A stretch of DNA of 64,000 nt from an uncultured Bacteroidales bacterium (GCA_902770725.1 CACXUA010000001.1:300-64299); one strand, 5' to 3'. Positions 50,821 to 61,661 are shown, counted from the first letter of the stretch. Notes: generated from the sequence alone by a model not told the origin. Numbers and translations are program-made.

Positions 50821-53592
50821 CTAGAGTGTTGCCTTGATTTCAATCTCCTGGAAGGTCTCGATGATATCGCCCTCCTTCAGGTCGTTGTAGCCAACCAGCG
50901 AGATACCGCATTCGAAGTTGGTGCTGACCTCCTTCACATCGTCCTTGAAACGCTTCAGCGCATTGATGGCTCCCGTAAAGACCACGATGCCGTCGCGAAT
51001 GACGCGAGCCTTGTTTGTGCGGCTGACCTTGCCATCCACAACGTAAGCACCAGCAACGGTACCAACCTTCGTGATGTGATAGACTTGGCGCACCTCGACT
51101 TGAGCCGTGACTTCCTCCTTGATTTCGGGCGAAAGCATGCCTTCCATCGCATCCTTCACCTCCTCGATAGCATCGTAGATGACGCTGTAGAGGCGGATAT
51201 CGACATCCATCTGCTCTGCCAACTTGCGGGCTGGAGCGGAAGGACGAACCTGGAAGCCGACGATGAAGCAGTTTTCGGCAGCGGCTGCCATGTTGACATC
51301 GCTCTCGCTGATTTGACCCACAGCCTTGTAGATGACGTTGACCTGAATCTTCTCGGTCGAGAGTTTGATGAGGGAGTCGCTGAGTGCCTCGATGGAGCCG
51401 TCCACGTCGCCCTTGACGATGAGGTTGAGTTCCTGCACGCCACCCAAAGCGATGTTGTGGGCCAACTCTTCCAGGCCGCGACGCTTCATCGTACGCAAGC
51501 CTTGTTCGCGAGCCAGTTGTTCGCGCTTGTTGGCAATCTCACGAGCCTCTTGGTCGGAGTCCATGACGTGGAAAGCATCACCAGCTTGAGGAGCACCGTT
51601 CAAACCAAGCACAGTAGCAGCCTGAGACGGACCGATAGTCTCGACACGCTGTCCGCGTTCGTTGAGCATCGCCTTTACACGGCCATAGTTCGTGCCAGCC
51701 AAGATGATGTCGCCAACATGGAGTGTGCCGTTGCTGACAAGCACGGTAGCCACATAGCCACGTCCCTTGTCCAAGCTGGACTCGATGATGGAGCCCGTAG
51801 CCTTTCGGTTGGGGTTGGCCTTGAGGTCGAGCATCTCTGCTTCCAGCAGTACCTTCTCCAAGAGTTCTTCCACACCAATACCCTTCTTGGCACTGATGTC
51901 TTGGCTCTGGTACTTGCCGCCCCATTCCTCGACGAGGAAATTCATGTTGGCAAGGCCTTCCTTAATCTTGTCGGGATTTGCTCCCGCCTTATCTATCTTG
52001 TTGATGGCGAAGACGATAGGTACACCAGCAGCTGTGGCATGCGCAATAGCTTCCTTTGTCTGCGGCATGATGTCGTCGTCGGCAGCCACGATGATAATGG
52101 CGATATCCGTTACCTGAGCACCACGAGCACGCATAGCCGTGAAGGCTTCGTGACCTGGAGTATCGAGGAAGGTGACGTGACGTCCGTCTTCGAGTGTCAC
52201 ATTGTAAGCACCGATGTGCTGCGTGATACCACCAGCCTCACCGGCAATGACGTTGGTCTGACGAATGTAGTCGAGCAACGAGGTCTTACCATGATCGACG
52301 TGACCCATCACAGTTACGATGGGAGCGCGTGGTACGAGGTCCTGCTCGTCGTCCTCCTCTTCGCTGACAGCCGCACTGACTTCAGCGCTGACATATTCTG
52401 TGGTGAAGCCGAACTCTTCTGCAACGAGGTTGATGGTCTCGGCATCCATTCGCTGGTTGATGCTGACCATGATGCCGATGCTCATGCAAGTTGCAATAAT
52501 CTTCGTGACAGGCACGTTCATCATCGTAGCCAACTCGTTGGCCGTAACGAACTCTGTCAGCTTGAGTACCTTGCTCTCTGCTGCTTCGTTTGCCAGTTCC
52601 TCCTCCATTCCTTGACGGATGGCTTCGCGCTTTTCACGACGATACTTGGCGCCCTTGCCCATCTTGGTGCCCTTGCTGGTAAGTCGGGCAAGCGTTTCGC
52701 GTACTTGCTTTGCGACTTCTTCCTCGCTCACTTCGGGCTGCAGAGGAGACTGCTTGGGCTGGTTCTTCTGTTTCTTCTTGCCGCCACCATTCTGGTTCTG
52801 CTGCTGAGCGTTGCCGCCATTCTTCTTCTGACCCTGTTGCTGGTTTGCAACGTCATTGACGTCAACACGTTCCTTGCCCAAACGGACGCGCTTCTTCTTG
52901 TCGCCACCTTGAGCTTCGAGGCGTTCGCGACGGCGCTCTTCGTGCGTCTTCTTTTTGGGGCGAGTCGTCTGGTTCAGGCTGTCGAGGTCAATCTTACCCT
53001 TGATGGTAAGAGACGGAGCGTTGCTTTGAACAGGGTTCAAGCGGAAGATTTCTTCCTCTTGCTTCTCTGCTGGAGCAGGTTCTGCAGGTTCCTCTTTTGG
53101 AGCAACAACTTCTTCCTTAGCAACGGGCTCTTCCTTCTTAACGACCGGCTCTTCCTTCTTCTTCGGAGCAGGCTTGGGTTTCTCTTCCTTTTCGACGGGT
53201 TTGGGTTCCGGCTTCTTTTCTTCGACAGGTTTAGCCTTTGCAGCTTTCTCTGCCTTTGCAGCCTTTCCACCATCGAGGTCGATGTGTCCCAATATCTTCG
53301 GACCTTCAACCTTTGGCGCTTCTATCTGCACCTCTTCAACAGGTTTGGGCTTGGGCGCTTCCTTGCGCTCCTTCTTGTTTTGGCCAATGTGCTGCTGAAT
53401 GAGTTGTGTTGCTTCGTTGCGCAGTCCCTTATCCAAGCTGAATTCGCTTTGCAACTGGGCATATTGCTCTTCAGTTATCTTATAGTTGGGATTGGCCTCA
53501 ACATCGGTGAAGCCTTTCTTTTGGAGGAACTCAACAGCCGTCTGCAGTCCGATGTTGAACTCCTTCGTTACTTTATTTAATCTTATGCTCAT
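50821..53592 (-). CDS. infB: translation initiation factor IF-2
   Basis: A Lys/Glu/Pro-rich N-terminal region, then the GTPase motifs [19 protein letters not shown] and NKID, followed by the conserved C-terminal domains. Confidence 0.97.
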   Translation of the reverse strand: MSIRLNKVTKEFNIGLQTAVEFLQKKGFTDVEANPNYKITEEQYAQLQSEFSLDKGLRNEATQLIQQHIGQNKKERKEAPKPKPVEEVQIEAPKVEGPKILGHIDLDGGKAAKAEKAAKAKPVEEKKPEPKPVEKEEKPKPAPKKKEEPVVKKEEPVAKEEVVAPKEEPAEPAPAEKQEEEIFRLNPVQSNAPSLTIKGKIDLDSLNQTTRPKKKTHEERRRERLEAQGGDKKKRVRLGKERVDVNDVANQQQGQKKNGGNAQQQNQNGGGKKKQKNQPKQSPLQPEVSEEEVAKQVRETLARLTSKGTKMGKGAKYRREKREAIRQGMEEELANEAAESKVLKLTEFVTANELATMMNVPVTKIIATCMSIGIMVSINQRMDAETINLVAEEFGFTTEYVSAEVSAAVSEEEDDEQDLVPRAPIVTVMGHVDHGKTSLLDYIRQTNVIAGEAGGITQHIGAYNVTLEDGRHVTFLDTPGHEAFTAMRARGAQVTDIAIIIVAADDDIMPQTKEAIAHATAAGVPIVFAINKIDKAGANPDKIKEGLANMNFLVEEWGGKYQSQDISAKKGIGVEELLEKVLLEAEMLDLKANPNRKATGSIIESSLDKGRGYVATVLVSNGTLHVGDIILAGTNYGRVKAMLNERGQRVETIGPSQAATVLGLNGAPQAGDAFHVMDSDQEAREIANKREQLAREQGLRTMKRRGLEELAHNIALGGVQELNLIVKGDVDGSIEALSDSLIKLSTEKIQVNVIYKAVGQISESDVNMAAAAENCFIVGFQVRPSAPARKLAEQMDVDIRLYSVIYDAIEEVKDAMEGMLSPEIKEEVTAQVEVRQVYHITKVGTVAGAYVVDGKVSRTNKARVIRDGIVVFTGAINALKRFKDDVKEVSTNFECGISLVGYNDLKEGDIIETFQEIEIKATL

Positions 53593-53600
53593 GGTCTTTC

Positions 53601-53628
53601 TAATCCCTAATCTCTAGTCCCTAATCTC
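53601..53628. repeat. heptamer microsatellite (TAATCCC TAATCTC TAGTCCC TAATCTC) in the nusA-infB junction
   Basis: The array reads GAGATTAGGGACTAGAGATTAGGGATTA on the coding strand, 8 nt upstream of the infB ATG. Confidence 0.95.
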
Positions 53629-53639
53629 TGATACAATTG

Positions 53640-54902
53640 TTATTCGAACTCAGCCTGCAAGATGCGCAGCACTTCGTCCACCGTTTCTTCTTCGAGGTCG
53701 GCATTCTGGATGATCATCTCACGTTGAGCTCCGAGCACACCCTTAGCGGTCTGGAAGCCAATCTTCTTGAGCTCGTCGATAATCCAGGGCTCGATAGCGT
53801 CGGTGAACTCGTCGAGGCTTACGTCGTCGTTGTCTTCCTCGTTGTCAAGTTCACGGAAGACATCGATGGTATAACCTACGAGCATGCTGGCCAGTTTGAC
53901 GTTCAAGCCGCCCTTACCGATAGCGAGTGATACCTGATCCGGATCGAGATAAACCTCGGCGGTATGCTCTTCCTCATTGAGGACAACGCTGTTGACGCGA
54001 GCAGGATTGAGGGCACGAGTGATCATGAGTTGTGTGTTGGAGGTCCATGTCACGACGTCGATGTTCTCGCCTCTCAGTTCGTGAACGATGCCACGAAGGC
54101 GACTGCCTTTCACGCCGACACAAGCTCCAACAGGGTCGATGCGGTCGTCGTAGCTCTCGACTGCAATCTTGGCGCGTTCGCCAGGGATACGGGCAATCTT
54201 GTGAATCGTGATGAGTCCGTCCTGAATCTCAGGCACCTCAGCTTCGAGCATGCGTTGCAGGAACTCGGGAGCTGTGCGGCTCAGGATGATGCGGGGCTTA
54301 CCACCGGTATTCTCGACACGCAGGATGACGGCACGAGTGCTTTCACCTTTGCGGAAGAAGTCGCCCGGAATCTGTTCCTGACGCGGGAGCAGCAGTTCGT
54401 TACCCTCTTCGTCCATGAGCAGGGTCTCGCGCTTCCATGTCTGATAGACCTCAGCGCTGATGACTTCACCCTCGCGGTCCTTGTACTCGTTGTAGAGCGA
54501 ATCGTACTCCAACTCCATGATGCGGCTGGCAAGAGTCTGCCTCAGTTGCAGGATGGCGCGACGTCCGAACTCGGACATATCCACGAGCTGGCTCACTTCC
54601 TCGCCAACTTCATAGTCATCTTCGATTTGCTGAGCTTCTGAGAGAGCAATCTCCTTGTTCTTGTCAGTCACTTCTCCGTCGGGCACAACGACGCGGTTGT
54701 GGTAGATCTCGAAGTCGCCCTTGTCGGGGTTTACGATGATGTCGTAGTTCTCGTCAGTGCCGTGCATCTTAGCGATGACGTTGCGGAAGCACTCTTCCAG
54801 CACGCTTACCAGAGTGGCGCGGTCGATGTTGTTTTTCTCTTTAAAGTCGGCGAACACTTCAATCATGTTTGCCGTTTCGTTTGATTTAGTTGTCTTTGCC
54901 AT
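53640..54902 (-). CDS. nusA: transcription termination/antitermination factor NusA
   Basis: N-terminal domain, S1 and two KH domains (GACVGVKGSRLRGIV, AIGKGGLNVKLAS); located between rimP and infB. Confidence 0.96.
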   Translation of the reverse strand: MAKTTKSNETANMIEVFADFKEKNNIDRATLVSVLEECFRNVIAKMHGTDENYDIIVNPDKGDFEIYHNRVVVPDGEVTDKNKEIALSEAQQIEDDYEVGEEVSQLVDMSEFGRRAILQLRQTLASRIMELEYDSLYNEYKDREGEVISAEVYQTWKRETLLMDEEGNELLLPRQEQIPGDFFRKGESTRAVILRVENTGGKPRIILSRTAPEFLQRMLEAEVPEIQDGLITIHKIARIPGERAKIAVESYDDRIDPVGACVGVKGSRLRGIVHELRGENIDVVTWTSNTQLMITRALNPARVNSVVLNEEEHTAEVYLDPDQVSLAIGKGGLNVKLASMLVGYTIDVFRELDNEEDNDDVSLDEFTDAIEPWIIDELKKIGFQTAKGVLGAQREMIIQNADLEEETVDEVLRILQAEFE

Positions 54903-54919
54903 TATATTTTGTTTAGTTA

Positions 54920-55387
54920 TTATTTCACCTTGATGAGATATTTTGTGTAGGCCACGTCGTCGAAGCGGAAGTCTGTGGGTACTTCCATGGTGACGGGACG
55001 CTTCTTGCCCTCCTCTTTCACCTTTTGGAGGATGCCGAGCTGGAAGCCTTCGTCGCCAACGCTGAGCAGGGTGCCGTGATACTTGTGGCCGTCGTGCAGT
55101 TGAGTTTCCACTTCCTTGCCGATGTGTATCTCGTATTGGCGACGTACGCGGAACGGCTGTCCCAGTCCTGCGCTGCCCACCTCGAGTTCGTAGTCTTCTT
55201 CGTCGCGGCTCAATCGCGATTCGATGTGACGGCTCAGGTCGGCACAGTCTTCAATCCACACACCGTCCTGATGGTCTATCTCCACCACGATGCGGTCGTC
55301 GGGACTGATGCTGATGTCAACCAGGAAATACTCTTTACCTTCAAGCCATTCCTCAACGGCTTGCTGCACTGCACTTTTGCTGATCAT
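54920..55387 (-). CDS. rimP: ribosome maturation factor RimP
   Basis: 155 aa, in the conserved position upstream of nusA. LEVGSAGLGQP resembles the RimP core. Confidence 0.85.
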   Translation of the reverse strand: MISKSAVQQAVEEWLEGKEYFLVDISISPDDRIVVEIDHQDGVWIEDCADLSRHIESRLSRDEEDYELEVGSAGLGQPFRVRRQYEIHIGKEVETQLHDGHKYHGTLLSVGDEGFQLGILQKVKEEGKKRPVTMEVPTDFRFDDVAYTKYLIKVK

Positions 55388-55460
55388 TGTTTAAGTGTTT
55401 TTAGGTTATTAAAGAAAAGTGAGGAACTTTCGGAGCCCCTCACTTTCATCTTTTCGCGTG

Positions 55461-55468
55461 CAAAGGTA
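55461..55468 (-). promoter_or_regulatory. -7 box (TACCTTTG, minus) for rimP-nusA-infB (and possibly cvpA-suf)
   Basis: TAnnTTTG match 74 nt upstream of the rimP ATG. I found no other such box on this strand down to sufS. Confidence 0.55.
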
Positions 55469-55565
55469 AGTCATTTCCGTGAAACGTGCAAATAAATGTG
55501 CAGAAAAATAGCGTAAAACCCTGAATTCTTTAAAGAAAGGCAAGTATTTGTGCCTGCCAAGACCT

Positions 55566-56306
55566 TTAGAGAATGGTGATGCCCTGATAATCCTTTTGAA
55601 CCTGCTCATAGCTCTGCAGGTTGCCAATGTCGAAACGGTGTCCCGGCATCTCCATAGCGTGGACGGGTGTCTGCTGGCAGAGCCATGCGATGTAACTGCC
55701 GGGAGCGTCTGTGCCGCAACCCTCCAAGATGCCTTTGCCGACGAGGCGTGCGTCCTGGCGTGTATAGAAATAGAAAGGTGGCGTACACCAATGGGTTTCG
55801 GGCGTCGGGGACTTCTCTGTCATGCGAAGGATACGGTCGTTCTGGTCCACGGTCACCACGCCGCACTTCAGGAGTCGCTGCTCGTCCTTTTCCCAGAAGC
55901 GCATGATGCATGAGGTCTGCTTCTCGTTGGCATAGCGGACGAAGCGTTGCAGGCTGAAGTCCAAAAGGTTATCGCCGGCAATGACCAGCATGTCGTCGTC
56001 GAGGCTGAGGCTGTCAATGGCGTACTGTATGTCGCGGACGGCTCCCAGTCGCGTCTCGTTGCTCGAGGTCCCGTCGTCAACGACAGTCACCTTTTGAGCC
56101 TTCGTCGCAGCCCAATCCATGAAGTGATGAGCGAACTTGTGGTTGGAGATGACGACGTATTCATCGACCAGTCCGGCTCCGTCTATGTCGTCGATGAGCC
56201 AGTCGAGGATAGTCTTGTCGCCCACCTTGAGGAGGGGTTTGGGGAAGTTTTCCGTGAGAGGATAGAGCCGGGTGGCATATCCGGCAGCAAGGATGAGACA
56301 CTTCAT
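55566..56306 (-). CDS. sugar-1-phosphate nucleotidyltransferase
   Basis: MKCLILAAGYATRLYPLTENFPKPLLKVG is the NTP-transferase G-rich loop. The protein is 246 aa from ATG 56306; the ORF-track extension to 56405 reads through a repeat. Confidence 0.8.
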   Translation of the reverse strand: MKCLILAAGYATRLYPLTENFPKPLLKVGDKTILDWLIDDIDGAGLVDEYVVISNHKFAHHFMDWAATKAQKVTVVDDGTSSNETRLGAVRDIQYAIDSLSLDDDMLVIAGDNLLDFSLQRFVRYANEKQTSCIMRFWEKDEQRLLKCGVVTVDQNDRILRMTEKSPTPETHWCTPPFYFYTRQDARLVGKGILEGCGTDAPGSYIAWLCQQTPVHAMEMPGHRFDIGNLQSYEQVQKDYQGITIL

Positions 56307-56310
56307 AGGT

Positions 56311-56434
56311 AAGAATGATAAAATGAAAGAATGAAAAAATGAAAGGATGAGAAATAAGGGAGTTGAAGGAATGAGAAGATGAAAGATGGAGGATGTGTTT
56401 TTCATTCTTTCATTTTCTCATTCTTTCATTTCCT
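56311..56434. repeat. long imperfect inverted repeat of (GAATGAAA)-type units filling the kinase-nucleotidyltransferase spacer
   Basis: The purine-rich arm AAGAATGATAAAATGAAAGAATGAAAAAATGAAAGG (56311-56346) faces the pyrimidine-rich arm TTTTTCATTCTTTCATTTTCTCATTCTTTCATTTCCTT (56397-56434). Confidence 0.85.
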
Positions 56435-57604
56435 TTACAGCAGTCCGTCTGCGCTTTGGCAGATGTGTACGCTGTATTTCCCTTCGAGTTCAGGGAAGGC
56501 TTGGAGGTATTCTCTGGTCACCTTCTCTCTGATTTCGGCTTCGTAAGCGGGGTCGATGAGCGCCATGCAACAGCCCTTGAAACCTGCTCCGCTGAAGCGT
56601 CCGCCGTAGATGCCGTCGGTGTGGCACATGATGTCGTAGAGCATTTTCAACTCCGGAGAGCCTGTCTCCCAGTTGCTGATGCTGCTCTGTCCGCTTTCGA
56701 AGCTGAGGCGGCCATACGTCTCGAGGTCGCCACGACGCCAAGCCTCGGCACCTCTCTCTACGCGGTCGAACTCCGTGTACCAGTGCTCGGCACGCTTCCT
56801 CCAGTTCTCCGGCAGGCGTTCCTTGTACCGCTCGTATATCTCGCGAGGCACTGCCCGCAGGTTTGCTTCGGGGAACTTGCCGTACTCCATGCCTGCGTAG
56901 GCCATCATGGCATAGGCGGCGCTTCGTGCTTCATCGACGCGCATGTTGAATTTGCTGCCAGCCAGAGTCCTCTCGATGCCGCTGAAGAAGATGGCGATGC
57001 GGTAAGGCTTCATAGACGGATGGGTGGGGATGAGCTCGTACTCGTCGGTCTTCGTGTCGAGGTAGAGCAAGTGGTCCTTCTTCGAATAGACTTCGCAGCT
57101 CTGGTCGAGCTTGCCGCTGTTGACGCCGACATAGTCGTTCTCGGCAGCCATCGAGATGAGGATGAATTCCAGCGGCTCGGGTTGTATGTTGTTGACCTTG
57201 CAAAGCGCCTTGAGGAAAACCAAGGCCACGGCTGCCGACGACGAGAGGCCTCCGATGGGGAGCGTGCCTTCGATGACGCCACTCAAGCCACACGTCAGGG
57301 GATAACGCTCGCCGAGTTTCAAGGTCGCTCCGCGCAAGTAGTCAGCCCAGTCACCCTGCTTGTGTCGAGGCACATCGCGGACATGGAACTGGGCCCGCTT
57401 GTCGAATTGGAGGGAACAGAGTTCCACCACGCCGTTGTGCTTGGGGCTGTAGGCAAGGTGGATGCCTTTGTCGATGGCCAAGCCTGTAATCTTGCCGAGG
57501 TTCGCGTCGCTGTGTGCACCGATGGGGCAGACGCGATAGGGGCAGAAAGCCATAGCCTCCGGCTCACGCTTGTAAATATCTTGGAATCTTTCCTGGCATT
57601 TCAT
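56435..57604 (-). CDS. GHMP-family sugar-1-kinase (galactokinase family)
   Basis: Galactokinase-type N-terminal signature FCPYRVCPIGAHSD and the GHMP motif PIGGLSSSAAVALVF, 389 aa. Confidence 0.8.
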   Translation of the reverse strand: MKCQERFQDIYKREPEAMAFCPYRVCPIGAHSDANLGKITGLAIDKGIHLAYSPKHNGVVELCSLQFDKRAQFHVRDVPRHKQGDWADYLRGATLKLGERYPLTCGLSGVIEGTLPIGGLSSSAAVALVFLKALCKVNNIQPEPLEFILISMAAENDYVGVNSGKLDQSCEVYSKKDHLLYLDTKTDEYELIPTHPSMKPYRIAIFFSGIERTLAGSKFNMRVDEARSAAYAMMAYAGMEYGKFPEANLRAVPREIYERYKERLPENWRKRAEHWYTEFDRVERGAEAWRRGDLETYGRLSFESGQSSISNWETGSPELKMLYDIMCHTDGIYGGRFSGAGFKGCCMALIDPAYEAEIREKVTREYLQAFPELEGKYSVHICQSADGLL

Positions 57605-57645
57605 ATTATTCGGAGTTTTCTGATTATTCCAAGTATTCGGAGGGA

Positions 57646-60327
57646 TTATTTTACTGTTATGTTCTGCATGGTTCCCATATTCTCGCAGAAGCGGAGGCGA
57701 TATTCAAAGCCGCGACGGGGTGTGCGGATGATGATGACCTTCTTCTCGCCTGGCAACAGGGAGAAGAAGTTGTCGCTGTAGTAGGTGCCGTGCACGGGCT
57801 TGAGCGCTTTGTCGGTCAGGAGGAGCTGGCAGAAGAAGGCGATGCGCCGTCCGCTGTTCTTCACCGTCACTTCATGTTCGCCGACAGAAAGGAAGCGGGC
57901 CGTGACTGTAGGCTTTGCCTCGGGCAGGGTGGCGAGGGGCTCGAAGCCGGCGGTGCAGGGGCCGGTCAGGGTGCTCTTCCCTTCGTACTTGTTCGTCGAG
58001 CACCAGTAGAAGTTCTTGCTCACGACCTTGCCCTTGGCGTCGGTCAGCTCGAGGGCAATGAAATAGACGGGCGTGATGTCGTCGGGGATGCTGACGGAGA
58101 GCACGTCGTTGGCCACGCCGTCGGCAGGCACATCGACCTTTGCCTTGACGGTGCTCACCTTGCGGCTCTGCAGGTCATAGACCTCGGCCTTGGCTTTCAG
58201 TCCGTTTTGTGCTTCAACATAGTCGTTGATGACGCTGACGGTGCCCTTCAGGTAGTCATATTGTATATGTATAGGCTCGAGGGCATGCATGGTGTGATAG
58301 AGCGAGGCAGTGGGTTCCAGGAACCAGTCCCACATGCGGGCGCACACTTGCCAGTTGGGGCAGTTGTGGTACCAGAAGAGCAGACCCGAGCACCAGCGGT
58401 CGCCATACTGCAACTTGTTCTCGTTCCACACTTCCCAGATGCTCTTCGAATTGATAGCGCCAACCATCTGTCCGCGGCGAGCGAACTCCTCGATGTTCCT
58501 GCTCTCGCCGTACTGATTCACCATATCTTTGTAGAGTGTGGTCATGAGGTGGAAGCCGTTGCCGTCCATATAATCCCACGTCGCCTTATTGATGGGCCAG
58601 AGGTCTTCCCGTGGCATCATGTCGTAGAGGCTCTCCACGATGGGCAGAGTCGGAGCGCCGTATTCGGGATTGAAGCCGTCCACGCGACTGCCTCTATCCG
58701 AGGCGGTGTTCTCGTAATGGCGCATCGGATTGACTTGTTTATAGGGACTACCGTCGTGCACACCATCACATTCGCTCTGCATCTGGTACGGTATGCCGGG
58801 TGCCAGACGCTTGATGAGCTGTTCGGCACCTGTGACGGCTGTGCTCTCGTTGCTCGACACATAGATGACGATGCTTGGGTGGTTGCGGATGCGCTTCATG
58901 GTGCTTTCCACGTTGGCCAGGTAGAGCGGCTCGTCCATGGGGTGCTTCGTGTCGCCAGTCATCCAGAACTCTTGCCAAACCATGATGCCATATTCGTCGC
59001 ACAACTCGTAGAAGCGGTCGCTCTCCGCTATGCCGCCTCCCCAAAGGCGCAACAGGTTGATGCCGCATTGATTGGTGTAGGCCAGCTCGGTCTCCATCCT
59101 TTGGTCGTTGGTGCGGAGCATCGCCTCGGGTATCCAATTGTTGCCGCGGACGAAAGTCTTATGGCCGTTCACGATGAAGACCTTCGATTTGTCGGGCGTC
59201 TCGCGCGAGGCAATGACCTCCTTGATGCCGAAGCGCGTGGAGAGTCGGTCCATCGTGTTGCCTTTGCCATCAGTGAGCGTCAGTCGAAGCGTATAGAGGT
59301 GTTGCTCGCCCTTGTTCTTTGGCCACCAGAGTTTGGGGTACTTTATGACGAGTTGCGGGTAGTCTTCCGGCGTGAAGGTGACGGTTGCGTGTTCTCCCCG
59401 CTGCAGCTTCATCTTCTTGGAAACGAAGGTGATGCTTCTGGCTTCGTCGTCTTCGATGGTTCCGCTGACGGTGTATTCTCCGCTATTCGTGCCGGGATTC
59501 CATACCTCGACACTGACTGTCTCTTTCGCCGTATCATAGTTCGGATGGGAAAGTTCCGAGGAGACATAAGGGCTGCGCAGTTGTTGGGGACCTGTTGCAT
59601 AGAGTCGAATCGAGCGCCAGATGCCGGTGTTGCGGTCGCGGATGCCGTCTTCGTAGGTGAAGTCCCAGCCCACCGTCATCAGTTGCGATACGTTCTGCCC
59701 AATCCATCCATCGCCTCCGTTGTGCCACTCGCCAACGGCTCCCCAACTTTTCGGTGCAGTTGTCCCAGGCACATCGACAGGGAAGACACGAATGGCAATA
59801 GCCGATGCCTGCCCGGGTTGCACGGCGCGGTCGGTGATGTCGAACGGCTGGCTGTTGAACATGCCTGCCATCGTGCCAATCATATAGCCGTTGACCCATA
59901 TTTCGGCTCTGTAGTTGATGCCCATCGGCTCGAGCCAGATGCGCTTGCCCTTATAGTCGGACGGCACGATGAACTCCGTTCGGAACCAATAGGTATAGAA
60001 CTCTCTTCCTGCTTTCGCAATGTCGGGAATGACGTTGTTGGCAAGTTTGTTGGTCTGCCCGAAGTAAGGCTCTGGATAGACTTTCTGCTCGACAAGGTTC
60101 GTCAGGACAGTTGCAGGCACAATGGCTTCTGCCCATCCTTGCGGATTAAAGCCAGGCATCGAGATGTCTCGACCAGTCAGCTTTGTCTCTCCATCACGCA
60201 TCATGTACCAAGTCTGGCTGCCTCCGTGCCCAAGGCGAGAGTCGAGGGTGATGTAGTCCTGCCTGTCGCCAGCCACGGCGGGCAACATTGCGACGAGTGT
60301 CAATAAAGAGAAGAGGATGTGTTTCAT
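57646..60327 (-). CDS. glycoside hydrolase family 2 (beta-mannosidase / exo-glucosaminidase-like)
   Basis: Signal peptide and the motifs VRGNNWIPEA, LRLWGGGIAES, WQEFWMTGD, VSSNEST and FNPEYGAPT, 893 aa. Confidence 0.8.
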   Translation of the reverse strand: MKHILFSLLTLVAMLPAVAGDRQDYITLDSRLGHGGSQTWYMMRDGETKLTGRDISMPGFNPQGWAEAIVPATVLTNLVEQKVYPEPYFGQTNKLANNVIPDIAKAGREFYTYWFRTEFIVPSDYKGKRIWLEPMGINYRAEIWVNGYMIGTMAGMFNSQPFDITDRAVQPGQASAIAIRVFPVDVPGTTAPKSWGAVGEWHNGGDGWIGQNVSQLMTVGWDFTYEDGIRDRNTGIWRSIRLYATGPQQLRSPYVSSELSHPNYDTAKETVSVEVWNPGTNSGEYTVSGTIEDDEARSITFVSKKMKLQRGEHATVTFTPEDYPQLVIKYPKLWWPKNKGEQHLYTLRLTLTDGKGNTMDRLSTRFGIKEVIASRETPDKSKVFIVNGHKTFVRGNNWIPEAMLRTNDQRMETELAYTNQCGINLLRLWGGGIAESDRFYELCDEYGIMVWQEFWMTGDTKHPMDEPLYLANVESTMKRIRNHPSIVIYVSSNESTAVTGAEQLIKRLAPGIPYQMQSECDGVHDGSPYKQVNPMRHYENTASDRGSRVDGFNPEYGAPTLPIVESLYDMMPREDLWPINKATWDYMDGNGFHLMTTLYKDMVNQYGESRNIEEFARRGQMVGAINSKSIWEVWNENKLQYGDRWCSGLLFWYHNCPNWQVCARMWDWFLEPTASLYHTMHALEPIHIQYDYLKGTVSVINDYVEAQNGLKAKAEVYDLQSRKVSTVKAKVDVPADGVANDVLSVSIPDDITPVYFIALELTDAKGKVVSKNFYWCSTNKYEGKSTLTGPCTAGFEPLATLPEAKPTVTARFLSVGEHEVTVKNSGRRIAFFCQLLLTDKALKPVHGTYYSDNFFSLLPGEKKVIIIRTPRRGFEYRLRFCENMGTMQNITVK

Positions 60328-60354
60328 TAGTTTATGTTGTGTGTGTCTTGGTAA

Positions 60355-61467
60355 TTAATCTTCTAATAAAGCTGCCGCGCACCACAGGTACGGCCCTTGT
60401 CCATGATAATCGCCGGTCATTTTGGGACGGTCCAGATAGTAGTTGAAGTCGTTCTTCTTACCGGTGCCGACGCAGATGTTGGTCACGTCGCCATTATTAT
60501 TAATATAAGGTATAAGGGCGAGCCATGCTTTGCGAGCGGCAGGGGCATACGTCCCCGCAGGCAACCAACCCTCCTTCACGCCACGAATAAAAGCGTAGGT
60601 GAACATGGCGGAACCTGATGTCTCGGTCCAGAAGTCGGGCTGATCGATGAGTTGATTCCAGAGGCCTTCATCGTTGCGATACTTCAGGAGGCTCTTCATC
60701 ATCTTCCGATAGCCCTTCATAATGCGCTTGTAGTATGGGCTGTCCTTGGGCAGGGCTTTCAATACTTCTGTGAGTCCGACTGCCATCCAGCCGTCGCCTC
60801 GTCCCCAATAATAGGGTACGTCGGGTGCATGATAGAAGAGGCCGTTGGGACGCTGCAGTTCGTCGAGGTACTTGACCATCTCGTGAGCGGCTCGGTCGAT
60901 GTATTTGCGGTCGCCGGTTGTGCGGTAGGCCCAGGCCTGCACAATCGTTATCATGTACATATCGTCGATCCACATTCGCGTCTGCCATGTGTAGCCTTGA
61001 CGTGCGAGGCGCTTCTCGCTTTCCTTCGCATTGGCAGGCAGTTCCCATTGCGAGTCGGCATACGAGAGCCCCATCTGCTTGTAGCTTTCTTCCGTAGGGA
61101 AGGACTTGTAGAGACTCAGCGGCAGGGAACCGAACATATTGAAGTCCACATGGTTCTTCGCGGGGATGTTCTCCTTGTGATTTGCCAAGAGGTCGTCGAA
61201 GCGCTCCTTCATTTTGCGGATAATCACATCGTCGCCCATGGCGCGTCCCCACATGATGGCGCCGTTCCAGGTGCACACCTCGTGGTATCCCAAGTTCTTC
61301 GTGTCGCTCCAAGTCGCATGCTTGCCATCGATGAAATGATAGGCGAGGCGACGTCCCACTTCCTGCGGCGTGCTGCCCTGAGGGAAGTCTTTCAGGGCAT
61401 CTTTCTTTGCTGCATTTGCCGTCAAGGCGAGCAGCAGGGCCAAAATCGTTAAAATTTGTCGTTTCAT
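60355..61467 (-). CDS. glycoside hydrolase family 105/88 (unsaturated rhamnogalacturonyl/glucuronyl hydrolase-like)
   Basis: Signal peptide and the motifs WIDDMYMI, YWGRGDGWMAVGL and ETSGSAMFTYAF, as in YteR-type enzymes. Confidence 0.8.
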   Translation of the reverse strand: MKRQILTILALLLALTANAAKKDALKDFPQGSTPQEVGRRLAYHFIDGKHATWSDTKNLGYHEVCTWNGAIMWGRAMGDDVIIRKMKERFDDLLANHKENIPAKNHVDFNMFGSLPLSLYKSFPTEESYKQMGLSYADSQWELPANAKESEKRLARQGYTWQTRMWIDDMYMITIVQAWAYRTTGDRKYIDRAAHEMVKYLDELQRPNGLFYHAPDVPYYWGRGDGWMAVGLTEVLKALPKDSPYYKRIMKGYRKMMKSLLKYRNDEGLWNQLIDQPDFWTETSGSAMFTYAFIRGVKEGWLPAGTYAPAARKAWLALIPYINNNGDVTNICVGTGKKNDFNYYLDRPKMTGDYHGQGPYLWCAAALLED

Positions 61468-61523
61468 GTTGAATATTTACTGTTTAGAGGGTTTATTAAA
61501 ATGAGTTTTCTTCCAATTCCATG

Positions 61524-61531
61524 CAAAGATA
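61524..61531 (-). promoter_or_regulatory. -7 box (TATCTTTG, minus) for the GH105-GH2-kinase-nucleotidyltransferase operon
   Basis: TAnnTTTG match 57 nt upstream of ATG 61467. Confidence 0.6.
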
Positions 61532-61627
61532 GATAAAAGTTTGCACATTATGAAGCAAATGGCCTAAAAACTTGTCTTATTTTGCTCTTTTCCTCTTTGT
61601 CTTTGCCTTCAAAAGGGAAAAGTTTAC

Positions 61628-61635
61628 TATCTTTG
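61628..61635 (+). promoter_or_regulatory. -7 box TATCTTTG for birA-pyrH
   Basis: TAnnTTTG match 27 nt upstream of ATG 61662. The ORF-track start at 61572 lies upstream of the promoter. Confidence 0.6.
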
Positions 61636-61661
61636 CACTATCCTTTCGTGAAAAAAGAGCA

